From NCBI GenBank assembly GCA_026713745.1, contig JAPONU010000285.1, positions 1 through 39,661 on the forward strand: a stretch of 39,661 nucleotides of DNA, given 5' to 3'. The DNA comes from a bacterium (GTDB lineage: Bacteria > Actinomycetota > Acidimicrobiia > Acidimicrobiales > CATQHL01). Made by a program: the position numbers and the translations under genes. Below the pieces are notes generated by a model. The model did no database searches, was not told where the DNA came from, and saw nothing but the letters and a program-made list of their open reading frames with translations. Shown piece by piece: positions 19,170 through 29,711 of the stretch (within the stretch, counting starts at the first letter, position 1; each line of letters starts with the position of its first letter).

Positions 19170-19963
19170 GCCCAGGGCCTTCCCCGGCGCTGCGACTCAG
19201 CGATGTCGGGGTTGTTCGCGACCGGCGGCCGTTGCTCGTCGGCGTGGACTGGACGGTGGAGCAGGGCGAGCGCTGGGTGGTCCTCGGCCCGAACGGGGCC
19301 GGCAAGTCCACGTTGCTGCGAGTGGCGGCCCTCTACCTGCATCCCACGCTGGGAACCGTGGAGGTCCTGGGACGGCGCCTGGGCCGTGTCGACGTGCGCC
19401 GCATGCGTCATCGCGTGGGCTACGCCTCGGCCATGCTCTCCGACCGCATCCGCCCGACGATCAGCGCCCTGGACGCGGTCATGACCGCCCGCCACGGCGC
19501 CCTGGAGCCGTGGTGGCACAGCTACGACGATGCCGACCGGCAGCGTGCCGCCGACCTGCTGGAACGGATGGGCTGCAGCCACCTCGCCGGCCAGCAGTTC
19601 GGCCTGCTCTCCTCGGGTGAGCGGCAGCGGGTGCAGATCGCCCGCACCCTCATGACCCAGCCCGGCTTGGTGCTGCTGGACGAGCCCACCGCCGCCCTGG
19701 ACCTGGCCGGGCGGGAGGAATTGGTGCGTACGCTGGACGCCCTCAGCGCCGACCCCGCCACGCCACCCACTGTGCTCGTGACCCACCACGTCGAGGAGAT
19801 CCCGGCGGGCTTCGACCATGCGCTGCTGCTCCGCGAGGGCCAAGTGGTCGGAGCAGGCCCCATCGGCGAGGTGCTAACGGCTGAGCGCCTCAGCCACTGC
19901 TTCGGCATCGAGCTGGAACTCGAGCACAACCGGGGCCGCTGGTGGGCCCACGCCGCCGACTAA
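19166..19963 (+). CDS. ABC ATP-binding protein (ModF/YlmA-like)
   Basis: GERWVVLGPNGAGKST, LSSGERQR, LLDEPT, VTHHVEEIP. ATGA overlap. Confidence 0.9.
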   Translation: MSPGPSPALRLSDVGVVRDRRPLLVGVDWTVEQGERWVVLGPNGAGKSTLLRVAALYLHPTLGTVEVLGRRLGRVDVRRMRHRVGYASAMLSDRIRPTISALDAVMTARHGALEPWWHSYDDADRQRAADLLERMGCSHLAGQQFGLLSSGERQRVQIARTLMTQPGLVLLDEPTAALDLAGREELVRTLDALSADPATPPTVLVTHHVEEIPAGFDHALLLREGQVVGAGPIGEVLTAERLSHCFGIELELEHNRGRWWAHAAD

Positions 19964-20024
19964 CCCCAGGCGATGAGGCACGTGGGGATCGCATGTTCGT
20001 GGAGCCCCCGTCCACTTTGGACGC

Positions 20025-20828
20025 CTAGAAGGAGGCGCGGATGGCCCAGAGATCGGGGAAGGCGGGGCGCATGATCGTGGTGCGGAGGTAGGCGGCCCCG
20101 TCGGAGTCGCCCGTGCCTCGTTTGGTACCGATCGTGCGTTGCACCATCATCACGTGCCGGTACCGCCACTCCATGAATCCCTCGTCGAAGTCGGTCAGGA
20201 GTTCGCAGATCTCCAGCAGCGCCGGGTGGGACCGGTAGATCCCGAGGAGGGTGGCCTGCACTTCCGGCGAAGGCTGGTGCGAGAGCTTGACGTCGCGGTT
20301 GAGCACCGAGGCCGGGATGGCGAACCCCTTCCTGGCGAGGAACCGGACGAAGGCGTCCCAGACGGTCCGCTCCCGCAACCTGCGCTCGAGCCGGTCGCGA
20401 GCGTCCGCGTCGGTGTCGAGGAGGTCGAGATGGGACACGTCGAACTGGCCGAGCAGGATCTCGAGTTCGCGGAACTGGACGGACTGGAACCCGCTGGCGT
20501 TCTCCAGGAACGGGCGGAACGAGGCGAACTCCAGCGGGGTCATGGTCTCGAGCACGTCGAGCTGGGCGACGAGGGTCTTGAGGATCTTGAGCACGCGTTT
20601 CAGTTGGTGGGCGCCCCTGGACGGCGCGTCGCCGTCGAGGTGGCCGCACAGGGCGTCGAGTTCGTGCAGGACCTGCTTGAACCAGAGTTCGTACACCTGG
20701 TGGACGACGATGAACAGCGTCTCGTCGTGTTCGGGCTCGCCGCTGTCCGGATCAACGGAGCGGCACTGCTGCAACGACAGCAACTCGGGAATCCGCAGGT
20801 ACGACCCGTAGGTGAGATCGTCGCTCAT
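20025..20828 (-). CDS. kynA: Tryptophan 2,3-dioxygenase
   Basis: LTYGSYL, HDETLFIVVHQVYELWFKQ, ASGFQSVQFRELE, WRYRH..MVQRTIG.K.GTG, FPDLW. Confidence 0.96.
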   Translation of the reverse strand: MSDDLTYGSYLRIPELLSLQQCRSVDPDSGEPEHDETLFIVVHQVYELWFKQVLHELDALCGHLDGDAPSRGAHQLKRVLKILKTLVAQLDVLETMTPLEFASFRPFLENASGFQSVQFRELEILLGQFDVSHLDLLDTDADARDRLERRLRERTVWDAFVRFLARKGFAIPASVLNRDVKLSHQPSPEVQATLLGIYRSHPALLEICELLTDFDEGFMEWRYRHVMMVQRTIGTKRGTGDSDGAAYLRTTIMRPAFPDLWAIRASF

Positions 20829-20841
20829 CGGGGCCGTCGAA

Positions 20842-22239
20842 TCACACCGACAGGGCGTCGGACCGAGCCAGCGGGTCGGGTTGGGGCAGGGGCGCAAGCT
20901 CGGCGACGAGTTCGGCCGCCCGACCCAAGTCGATATCGGCGAGCGATGCCCGGCCCGCCGTGAGTTCGTCGAGGATCTCAGCCTGGCGGGCGGCGCGCGC
21001 CGCGGCCTCGGCGTAAGGCATCGTCGAGAACATCACCATGTTGTAGCGCGGGCTGAGACGGTCGGGATACCGGCGCTGGAGTTCCAGCGCCAACTCACGG
21101 CGGATCACGTAGCGGGGGTCCATCACGCCCGCTCGCATCTCCAGATAGTTGTCGAGCGCCATGTCGGCGATGGCGTCGGCGTTGGGTTTCCGCTCCGCCT
21201 CGAACGCGGCGAAAGCCTCGGCGGTGTCGTCGGGCCGATCGCGGAGATGGCGGTCGAGGGCGCGCGCCGACTCCATGGCCAGGTTCATCCCTTGCCCATG
21301 GAAGGGAACGATGGCGTGCGCCGCATCGCCGACGAGCACGGCCCTGTCGCCCAGCGACCAGCCAGTGCAGCGCATCGTGGCGAGCCGGCCAGCGGGGTTC
21401 GCGAAGAACTGCTCGACGAGGTCGGGGACCATGGCCACGAGGTCGGGAAACTCCCGCTTGAAGAACTCCGACACCGCTTCGGGGTCCGCCGACGAAGCGA
21501 AGCCTCCGTCTCCGGTGTTGGGCGCGAACAGGGTGGCGGTGAAGTCGCCTTCGGGGTTGGGCAGCGCGATCAGCATGAACTCCCCGCGCGGCCAGATGTG
21601 CAGCGCATGCGGATCGAGGCGGAACCCGTCGCCGCGGGCCGGTGGAATCTGCAACTCCTTGTACCCGTGGTCGAGCCAGTCGACCTCCGCCCTGCCCCCG
21701 TTGGCGGCCACGATCGCTCGGCGGAGGTCCGAGCCGGCCCCGTCGGCCCCGAAGACGGTGCCGAACCGCACGGTGCGCGCCTCGCCGTTCGGGCCGGCGA
21801 CGGTGATCGTGCCCGCCGCGAGATCGACCCCCCGGACGGGGCTCTCGAAGGAGATCTCAACCCGGCCGGTGGCTTCGGCGGCGTCGAGCAGGACGGCATT
21901 GAGACCGCGCCGGGACACCGAGTGGATGACCTCACCGGCGCGTGTGCCGTAGGGCTGCAGCACCGGCTCATCGCCGGCGTGGATCATCCGGCCCCGCATG
22001 GGAATCGTGATGGCGTCGACCCGCTCGATCACGCCGACGTCGACGAGTGGGACGATCCCGCGGGTGGCGAGGGCCAGGTTGATGGATCGGCCCGCGGGGA
22101 TCTCCGCCCGGCGGATGTCGGGTCGAGCCTCGTAGACGGTCACACGGTGTCGGCGCCGGGCTAGATAGATGGCCATCAGGGCCCCGGCCGGCCCGGCGCC
22201 GACCACGACGACCGGGCCGCGCTCGCCGAACGAGCTCAT
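20842..22239 (-). CDS. kmo: Kynurenine 3-monooxygenase
   Basis: GRSINLALATRG, IPMRGRMIH, GYKEL, ALHIWPRG, ALPN, GDAAHAIVPFHGQGMN, LDNYLEMR. Confidence 0.95.
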   Translation of the reverse strand: MSSFGERGPVVVVGAGPAGALMAIYLARRRHRVTVYEARPDIRRAEIPAGRSINLALATRGIVPLVDVGVIERVDAITIPMRGRMIHAGDEPVLQPYGTRAGEVIHSVSRRGLNAVLLDAAEATGRVEISFESPVRGVDLAAGTITVAGPNGEARTVRFGTVFGADGAGSDLRRAIVAANGGRAEVDWLDHGYKELQIPPARGDGFRLDPHALHIWPRGEFMLIALPNPEGDFTATLFAPNTGDGGFASSADPEAVSEFFKREFPDLVAMVPDLVEQFFANPAGRLATMRCTGWSLGDRAVLVGDAAHAIVPFHGQGMNLAMESARALDRHLRDRPDDTAEAFAAFEAERKPNADAIADMALDNYLEMRAGVMDPRYVIRRELALELQRRYPDRLSPRYNMVMFSTMPYAEAAARAARQAEILDELTAGRASLADIDLGRAAELVAELAPLPQPDPLARSDALSV

Positions 22240-23540
22240 CGGGCCGCGTCGTGGAGGGCGCTGTCCAGGATGTCGACGAAGCGACGGATGTCAGCGAAGG
22301 TGTTGTAGAGCGGCACCGGCGCCACGCGGATCACGTCGGGTGAGCGCCAGTCACAGGCCACACCGGCCTGCTGCAGTGCCTGATGAACGGCACGGCCGTC
22401 GAGGCCGGGTTCCCGGACCCGCAGCGAGTGCTGACAGCCGCGCTCGGCCGGCATGGTCGGGGTGATCGTTTCGATGCGGTCACCGATCACCTCGGCAAGT
22501 AGAAAGTCGAGGTACTGGATCTGCTGTTCCGACTTCGCCCGCAGCGGCACCATTCCCCCCGCCCGATCGAAGACGTCCAGCGACGCCCGCAGGGGCGCCA
22601 TGGCGAGGATGGGCGGGTTCGAGAGCTGCCAGGACTCGACGGTGGGAGCCGGATCGAAGACTGTGCCCATCTCGAAGCGGGTCTCGGCGCGGTGCCCCCA
22701 CCAGCCCAGGAGTTTGGGGAGTGAGCGATCGCCCGCGTAACGCTCGTGCACGAAGGCACCCCCGACACCACCGGGACCGCCATTGAGGTACTTGTAGCTG
22801 CACCAGATGGCGAAGTCCACGTCCCAGTCGTGCAACGCCAGCGGCACGTTTCCCACGGCGTGCGCCAGGTCGAAGCCGACCCGGGCTCCGACGCCGTGGG
22901 CCGCCGCGGTGATCTCGGTCATCGGCAGGACCTGGCCGGTGTAGTACTGCACGCCGGGCAGCAGCACGAGCGCCAGCTCGGCGCCGTGGGTGGCGATCAG
23001 GGCCAGGAGGTCGTCACGCCGCAGCGCCTCCTCGCCCGCCCTCGGCCGGGCGAGGACCAGCGACCCCGCGGGTTCGTGTCCCCGCTGGCGGATCTGGCTC
23101 TCGACGGCGAAATGGTCGCTGGGGAAGGCGCCGGCCTCGATGAGGACCTTGTGCCGGGCGGGGGTGGGATCGTAGAAGCTCACCATCAGCAGGTGCAGGT
23201 TGACGGTGAGGGAGTTCATGGCCACGACCTCGCTGGGGCGGCCGCCGACCAGTCGCCCCAGCGAACCGGTCAACAACTCGTGATACGGCACCCACGCCTC
23301 CTCGCCGGCGAAGTGCCCGGCCGCGCCCAGGCGAGCCCACCGTTCCAACTCGGCGTTCACGTAGCCGGCAGCCGCCCGGGGCACCGCTCCCAGCGAGTTG
23401 CCGGCCAGATAGATCTGCGGCGACCCGTCGGGGCCCTCCGGAAGGTGAAACTCGTGACGGAATGTCGCCAACGGATCAGCGGCGTCAAGGGCCGTCGCCG
23501 CCTCGGCGCCGACGCTGAAGGAGAGGTCCGTCCCGGTCAT
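22236..23540 (-). CDS. kynU: Kynureninase
   Basis: YLAGNSLG, MNSLTVNLHLLM, AFPSD, DLAHAVGN, WCSYKYLNGGPG, GWWGH, SNPPIL, RVAPVPLYN. Confidence 0.96.
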   Translation of the reverse strand: MTGTDLSFSVGAEAATALDAADPLATFRHEFHLPEGPDGSPQIYLAGNSLGAVPRAAAGYVNAELERWARLGAAGHFAGEEAWVPYHELLTGSLGRLVGGRPSEVVAMNSLTVNLHLLMVSFYDPTPARHKVLIEAGAFPSDHFAVESQIRQRGHEPAGSLVLARPRAGEEALRRDDLLALIATHGAELALVLLPGVQYYTGQVLPMTEITAAAHGVGARVGFDLAHAVGNVPLALHDWDVDFAIWCSYKYLNGGPGGVGGAFVHERYAGDRSLPKLLGWWGHRAETRFEMGTVFDPAPTVESWQLSNPPILAMAPLRASLDVFDRAGGMVPLRAKSEQQIQYLDFLLAEVIGDRIETITPTMPAERGCQHSLRVREPGLDGRAVHQALQQAGVACDWRSPDVIRVAPVPLYNTFADIRRFVDILDSALHDAAR

Positions 23541-23631
23541 GGCCCCGGGAGCCGGGGATCGCAGGCCCCCGGTTGGCCGCAGGGGGCCCGTCGCCGGCGG
23601 GACATCACAGGTTTCCCGGCCGTCCCGGGCC

Positions 23632-24192
<561 letters not shown>

Positions 24193-24220
24193 CTATTGGT
24201 CTCGGGCTGGGTTCGAGCGC

Positions 24221-24898
24221 TCACAGCCGCAGTCCGCACTGTTCGAAGGCCTCCCGCGTGGCGGCTTTCTCCCCCTCGGTCAACTCCAGCAGCGGCGGGC
24301 GGACCCGGCCTCCCACCTGGCCAACCAACTCCTGCCAGTACTTCTGGTGGGCATGGGGTTTCTCCGGGGGTCTGGTGTCGCGCAGCGCTCGGCGCACCGG
24401 GTCCAGGCTCTCGCTGATGCGGCGCGCCCCGGCGGCGTCGCCGGCCAGCGCCGCCTGCGTGTAGTCGTGCATGCGCCGGTCGGTGGCAGTCTGCAACAGG
24501 AAGGGCGGCGACGAGCACAGGTACAGCTTCCATCCCAATTCGAGGATGTTGTCGAGCCACTCGCCCTCCGAGGCGGTGCTCACCGCGATGCGATCGGAGG
24601 CCAACCCGGTGAGTTCGGCATACATCGGGCGGGGCACGCTGTACTTGATGGCCACCACGTTGTCCAGGTCGGCCAGCCGGTCACAGAGCCCCGGCGACAT
24701 GAGGTACCCGCTGTCGGGGTGGCTCCACAGCGCAATCGCGATGTCGACAGTCTCCGAGATCGTCTTGTAGTACCGAAAGACGGTCTCATCCACCTCCGAG
24801 ACGAAGTGCAACCTCGGGGCGTGCACGACGATGTAGTCCGCCCCGACTTCCTGAGCGTGCCGGGCGTAGGCCTTGGCGTCACCTCTGGCGTATTCCAT
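24221..24898 (-). pseudogene. DHDPS/NAL-family aldolase with probable internal in-frame deletion
   Basis: Keeps AQEVGADYIVV, Schiff-base AIKYS and GGRVRPPL, but is only 225 aa and lacks the N-terminal TPF and GxxGE strands. Confidence 0.7.
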
Positions 24899-24918
24899 GG
24901 CGTGCTGGGGCCCCGCAG

Positions 24919-26355
24919 CTACACGATCGAGATGCTGTGGGAGACATTCTTGACGACCATGTAGTTGTGCAGGCCCTCCAGCCCGCCCTCCCGGCCGTAG
25001 CCGCTGGACTTCACGCCGCCGAACGGCGTCTCGGGAACCGAGGCCTCGAGCGTGTTGATCGACAGGTTCCCGGCCTCAACCCGTTCGACCATCTGCTCCA
25101 CATAGTCCGCACGGTTGGTGAACCCGTAGGCCGCCAGCCCGTAGGGCACCGAGTTGGCGCACTCGATGGCCTCATCCAGCGAACCCACCCTGTTGACGGC
25201 GGCGAGGGGCCCGAACGGTTCCTCCTGCATCACCCGGGCGTCGCCGGGCACCTCCGCCAGCACCGTCGGCTGGAAGAAGTAGCCGGAGGTTCCGACCCTG
25301 TCCCCGCCTGTGGTGACGGTCGCCCCCTTGGCGCGCGCGTCGGCCACGAAGCCGGCCAGCGCCGCCAGACGGCGGTCGTTGGCCAGCGGACCCATCTCGG
25401 TGCCGGGCTCCATGCCGTCGCCGACCACCACCGCGGCGGCGCGCTCGGTGAAGACGTCCAGGAATTCGTCGAAGATGCTGTCGTGGACGAAGAACCGCGT
25501 CGGCGACGTGCAGACCTGCCCGGCATTGCGCATCTTGCGCACCGCTGAACTGGCCGCGGCGGCGCGCACGTCGGTGTCCTCGCAGACGATCACCGGTGCG
25601 TGACCTCCGAGTTCCATCAGCACCGGGGTCATGTTGTCGGCGGCCAGCCCCGTGAGCCGCCGGCCCACCGCCGTGGATCCGGTGAAGGCAACCAGCCGGA
25701 TCGCCTCGTGGGGGATCAGGTACTCGGAGATCTCCGACGGTACGCCGAAGACCGCGTTCAGCACACCCGGCGGCAGGCCCGCATCTGCGAAGGCCCGGGC
25801 GATGTGCATGGCGCCCGCCGGCGTCTCCTCCGATGGCTTGAGAATGATGGAGCAGCCCGCCGCCAGGGCACCCGCCACCTTGCGGGCCGGCTGGCTCATC
25901 GGGAAGTTCCAGGGCGAGAAGGCGGCCACTGGCCCGATGGGCTGCTGGTGGACCACATAGTTGATGCCCGGCCCGCTCGGGATCACGCGGCCGTAGGCAC
26001 GGACCACCTCACCGGCGTCCCACTCGAGGAACTCGCAGCCCCGGATGACCTCCATGCGGGCCTGCCGGTAGGGCTTGCCGTGCTCGAGGGTGATGTCGCG
26101 GGCGATCTCGTCTTGGCGCTCGCGCATCAGGGCCGCCGCTTTGCGCAGGACGTCGGCCCGGTCCCTGGGGGCGGTCCGGCTCCAGACACCGAACCCCTTC
26201 GAGGCCGCCTCCAGGGCATCGTCAAGGTCCTGCGGGGCGGCGCAGGCAACCCTGCCGATGACCTGCTCGTTCGCCGGGTTGACCACCGGCAGGTCATCCG
26301 CCGTCGTACGCCACGAACCGCCGATGAAGAGCCCGGTATCGGGATAGTTGGTCAT
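24919..26355 (-). CDS. NAD-dependent semialdehyde dehydrogenase (SSADH/alpha-KGSADH-like)
   Basis: PWNFP, KPSEETP, FTGSTAVG, MELGGHAP, NAGQVC, EEPFGP, FGGVKSSGYGREGG. GAGGA before ATG 26355. Confidence 0.93.
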   Translation of the reverse strand: MTNYPDTGLFIGGSWRTTADDLPVVNPANEQVIGRVACAAPQDLDDALEAASKGFGVWSRTAPRDRADVLRKAAALMRERQDEIARDITLEHGKPYRQARMEVIRGCEFLEWDAGEVVRAYGRVIPSGPGINYVVHQQPIGPVAAFSPWNFPMSQPARKVAGALAAGCSIILKPSEETPAGAMHIARAFADAGLPPGVLNAVFGVPSEISEYLIPHEAIRLVAFTGSTAVGRRLTGLAADNMTPVLMELGGHAPVIVCEDTDVRAAAASSAVRKMRNAGQVCTSPTRFFVHDSIFDEFLDVFTERAAAVVVGDGMEPGTEMGPLANDRRLAALAGFVADARAKGATVTTGGDRVGTSGYFFQPTVLAEVPGDARVMQEEPFGPLAAVNRVGSLDEAIECANSVPYGLAAYGFTNRADYVEQMVERVEAGNLSINTLEASVPETPFGGVKSSGYGREGGLEGLHNYMVVKNVSHSISIV

Positions 26356-26365
26356 CGCGCAATCC

Positions 26366-26512
26366 TCAATTCCGTACCGTAATGGTCGCCAGTTCAATGC
26401 TGCAGGACAGCAACTGGTACGAGCGGTGCAGCAGGAACGGCAGGTAGCTCCGGAGGAACCCGTCATCGGTCTCCCGCCCGTCAACGCCGAGGCCTGTGTT
26501 CTCTTCGCTCAT
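26366..26512 (-). pseudogene. 5' fragment of a MarR-family regulator
   Basis: MSEEN...DGFLRSYLPFLLHRSYQLLS resembles MarR helix 1, then the similarity stops (about 26405) and the frame ends. No HTH/wing. Confidence 0.55.
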
Positions 26513-26542
26513 ACCAGTCTGAGTACCACAGATCGGCGGGCA

Positions 26543-26563
26543 ATAGATCGACCGGCGATCTAT
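26543..26563. promoter_or_regulatory. Inverted repeat ATAGATCG-N5-CGATCTAT (operator or hairpin)
   Basis: Perfect 8-bp arms, between an upstream stop (26574) and the MarR-like start (26512). Confidence 0.55.
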
Positions 26564-26573
26564 CGACCGATGA

Positions 26574-26725
26574 TCAACCGCCGTAGGCGGAGAACACCCG
26601 CTCGAACCACGACTGCGCCTGCTCGACGTGGTCGATGGAGATCGGCACGTGGCGCGTCTGGAAGATGGAGTTCGCCTCGTCGCCCGTGATGGCGGCCTGG
26701 CTGACACGGACCACGGCGAAAGGCG
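26574..26725 (-). pseudogene. Orphan 3' gene fragment (FAVVRVSQAAITGDEANSIFQTRHVPISIDHVEQAQSWFERVFSAYGG*)
   Basis: Translated by hand. Nearly every codon ends in G/C, and the bias disappears upstream of about 26725. Confidence 0.55.
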
Positions 26726-26949
26726 AGTTGGGCCGCGATCGGCCGTCGGGTGGGTCGGCACCCGACGACGGTGGCCCGGGAGGTGCGAAGCGGAGGCGAC
26801 CGGTGCGTGAGCGGCGTCATCGATCCCGTCGTCGGCGTCTTCGCACAGGCTCGGCGGGCCGCCGTGGCGCCGGCCCAGGCACCCATGCCGTCGCCGCCGG
26901 GGGCCGCCGAGTCCCCCGAAGGCGCCCGCCGCCGCGTCGAGCGCCCTGG

Positions 26950-28827
26950 TCAGCCTCCCAGGTAGGCGGCATGGACCGCCGGGTGGGTGCGGATCTCCGC
27001 CGGTGACCCCACCGCGATCACCGAGCCCTGATCGAGGCAGTAGACCTGATCGCAGAGGTTGGTGATGAACGCCAGATCGTGGTCGATCACCACTATCCCG
27101 CACCCCAGTACGTCAGCGATGCGGCGGATCTGATCCACGATGATGACCGACTCCATCTCGGAGAATCCGGAGGTCGGCTCGTCGAGGAGCAGGAAGCGAG
27201 GCGCTTGCGCCGCGGCCCGGGCCAGTTCGAGACGCTTGGCGGCGCCGTAGTCGAGGGCGCGCGCCCGTACGTCGGCGATGTCGGCGAGGCCGCACAACCG
27301 CAGCAGACCGGTTGCCCTCGCTTCGGCTCGCCGAGCCGAGCGGGCGCCGGCGAGTGCGGCCACTTCGACGTTCTCCCGCACGCTCAGCGCTGCGAAGAGC
27401 CGCAGATTCTGGAACGTCCGGGCAAGGCCGAGCCTGGCCAGCCGGTGGGGCGCCAAGCCGGCGATGTCCTCACCGTCGAGACTGAACCGACCCCCGGCTG
27501 CGGTGACGACGCCGGTCACGGTGTTGAGCATCGTCGTCTTGCCGGCGCCATTCGGTCCGATGACCCCTACCACTCGTCCGCTCTCCGCCAGGAGATGCGC
27601 GACCTCGAGGACACGCAGGCCGCCGAAGTCCACCGTGACGCCCGCCGCGGCCAGGCGGACCGGAGCCGTGGTCGCCTGCGGACGTTCTGGGAATTCAAGT
27701 CGCTGAGCTGCTTCCCCCGGTATCGCGCCGCGCGCGCCGCGACGCCGCCGAACGAGCCGGCGGCCGAGCCAGTCGGCGAGTTCCCAGTCGTCCAGCAGAC
27801 CCCGCGGGCGCAGGATCATGAAGCCGAGCATCGACGCGCCGAGCACCAGGTCCACCAGGCCCGGACGCAGGATCAAGTCGAATGGACCGGGATCAACGTT
27901 CGGACCCGACAACACCCGGGCCACCTCGGTCAGCACGGTGATCAGCACTGTGCCGAGGATGGCTCCGGTGATGCTGCCGCGGCCGCCGACGACCAGCATC
28001 GTGATGGTCAACAGGGTGTAGTCGATGAAGAACCGCTCGGGCGAGATCGTGCCGGTGAGCCAGACCCGCAGCGACGACCCGACGGCGACCACGGCGACCG
28101 ACAGCAGCAGGGCGACCATCTGGTGCGGGGCCGGGTGGATACCCAGGGAGCGTGCCGCCACATCGTCCTCCCGGGCTGCTCTGGCCAGACGCGCCGTCCG
28201 CGAACGGCGGTAGAGGCCAGCCACGGCGAGCGCCAGGGCGAACGCTCCGTAGGCGTAGCCCCGTCCCGTCATGGCTGTGCCAGGTTGGAAGCTCAGACCC
28301 GCCCTGTTGCCACCGGTGAGGTCGGTCCAGTTGATGGCGATCTCGAAGGTGGCGAACAGTAGCGACAGCGTGATGACGGTGGGGGCGATCGCTCCCGAGG
28401 CTGCGCCCGCCCGTACCAGGCCGAGCCCGACGACGGTGGCCACGACGCCACTCACCGCCACGGCCACCCCGATCGCCACGGCCGGATGCACGGTCACGTC
28501 GACGAGTCCGAACGGTGCGTCGGGCACCAGGAGGGACTTGCGCCCGCCGTCGATGGCGAACAGCACGAAGGCGTACCCGGCGACCGCGCCGAAGCCGACG
28601 TGGCCGAACGACAGGATCCCGGTATTGCCAATGAAGATCTGCATCCCGACGACGACGGTGGCGTTGATGAGCAGCGCCGTGAACAGCCGCTCCCCGGCCG
28701 CGTCGCCCCCCGAGACATACGCCAGCCCCAGCCCGGTGACCGCGGCGAACAGTAGGCCGGCAGCGCCGATCTCGGGAACGAACCGGCCGATCAGCCGGTC
28801 CGAGTCCCTGCGGCCCGTGTCCCTCAC
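26950..28827 (-). CDS. LIV-type ABC importer, fused permease (LivM-like) + ATPase (LivG-like)
   Basis: GILSFGHVGF and AAREDDVAARSLGI permease motifs, then GPNGAGKTT, ARTFQNLRLF, LLDEPTSG, IDHD. Confidence 0.9.
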   Translation of the reverse strand: MRDTGRRDSDRLIGRFVPEIGAAGLLFAAVTGLGLAYVSGGDAAGERLFTALLINATVVVGMQIFIGNTGILSFGHVGFGAVAGYAFVLFAIDGGRKSLLVPDAPFGLVDVTVHPAVAIGVAVAVSGVVATVVGLGLVRAGAASGAIAPTVITLSLLFATFEIAINWTDLTGGNRAGLSFQPGTAMTGRGYAYGAFALALAVAGLYRRSRTARLARAAREDDVAARSLGIHPAPHQMVALLLSVAVVAVGSSLRVWLTGTISPERFFIDYTLLTITMLVVGGRGSITGAILGTVLITVLTEVARVLSGPNVDPGPFDLILRPGLVDLVLGASMLGFMILRPRGLLDDWELADWLGRRLVRRRRGARGAIPGEAAQRLEFPERPQATTAPVRLAAAGVTVDFGGLRVLEVAHLLAESGRVVGVIGPNGAGKTTMLNTVTGVVTAAGGRFSLDGEDIAGLAPHRLARLGLARTFQNLRLFAALSVRENVEVAALAGARSARRAEARATGLLRLCGLADIADVRARALDYGAAKRLELARAAAQAPRFLLLDEPTSGFSEMESVIIVDQIRRIADVLGCGIVVIDHDLAFITNLCDQVYCLDQGSVIAVGSPAEIRTHPAVHAAYLGG

Positions 28828-29711
28828 ACCCGCTCCCTGGCGCGGGTGCGCAGGATCCCCGCAGGCCGGAAGACGAACAGCAACGCGATCAGGACGAAGG
28901 TGATCCCGTTGACCATCCCGTCGAGTTCGTCGGGAAGCCGCGAGACGAGTTGTACCTCCACGATCCCAAGCAGGATGCCGCCCAGCACGGCGCCCTGGAG
29001 CCGCCCGAGGCCCCCGATCAGGGCCGCCAGGACACCCTTCAGCATCGGGAGGAGGCCCGCGTCCGGCGCCGCCCTCCCGGTCCTCATCAGGAACAGAACC
29101 GCCGCCACCCCGGCGAGCAGTCCGGCCAGGGCGAACGCCGACCGGATCACGAGGTTGCTTCGAACGCCGAGCAGTCGGGCCGTGTCGAAGTTCTCCGCGG
29201 CGGCCCGGATCGCCAGCCCGTAGATCGTCTTGCGCAGGATCGCCAGCGTGACCAGCAGCGTCACCACCGCTACCACGATCACGGCGATGTCGACCACCTC
29301 CACGCGCACACCGCCCACTGAGGTGGTCCTGTTGATCCAGTCCGGTCTCTCGAATCCCCGCGAGCTGGCCGACACGTACATGACGAAGCCTGCCTGCACC
29401 ACGAAGTGCACACCGAAGGACATGAGCAGCATGGCGAAGTCACTGGCGCCGCGGACCCAGCGGAATGCAACCATCTCGAGCGCCACCGACGTGGCGATCG
29501 AGGTCGCCATGATGACCGGGACGAGAACCCACCAGTCCATGCCGACGAGCGTCAGCCCGTACGCCACGTAGGCGCTGACGGTGATGAGCTCGCCGTGGGC
29601 GAAATTGACCATTCGCATGACCCCGAAGGTCAGGCCGATCCCCAGCGCCAGCAGCGCGTACTCGCTGCCGAGACCGAAACCGTCGATCAGCTGCTGGGCG
29701 AACTCGACCAT
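28824..29711 (-). CDS. LIV-type ABC permease (LivH-like)
   Basis: GSEYALLALGIGLTFGVMRMVNFAHGE, GLAIRAAAEN, IGGLG. Confidence 0.92.
   Translation of the reverse strand: MVEFAQQLIDGFGLGSEYALLALGIGLTFGVMRMVNFAHGELITVSAYVAYGLTLVGMDWWVLVPVIMATSIATSVALEMVAFRWVRGASDFAMLLMSFGVHFVVQAGFVMYVSASSRGFERPDWINRTTSVGGVRVEVVDIAVIVVAVVTLLVTLAILRKTIYGLAIRAAAENFDTARLLGVRSNLVIRSAFALAGLLAGVAAVLFLMRTGRAAPDAGLLPMLKGVLAALIGGLGRLQGAVLGGILLGIVEVQLVSRLPDELDGMVNGITFVLIALLFVFRPAGILRTRARERV

Noticed and set aside
23541-23631. GC-rich hairpins between haaO and kynU, and at 20009-20023, as terminators or a riboswitch
   Set aside because: Short stems without U-tracts are expected by chance at this GC content.
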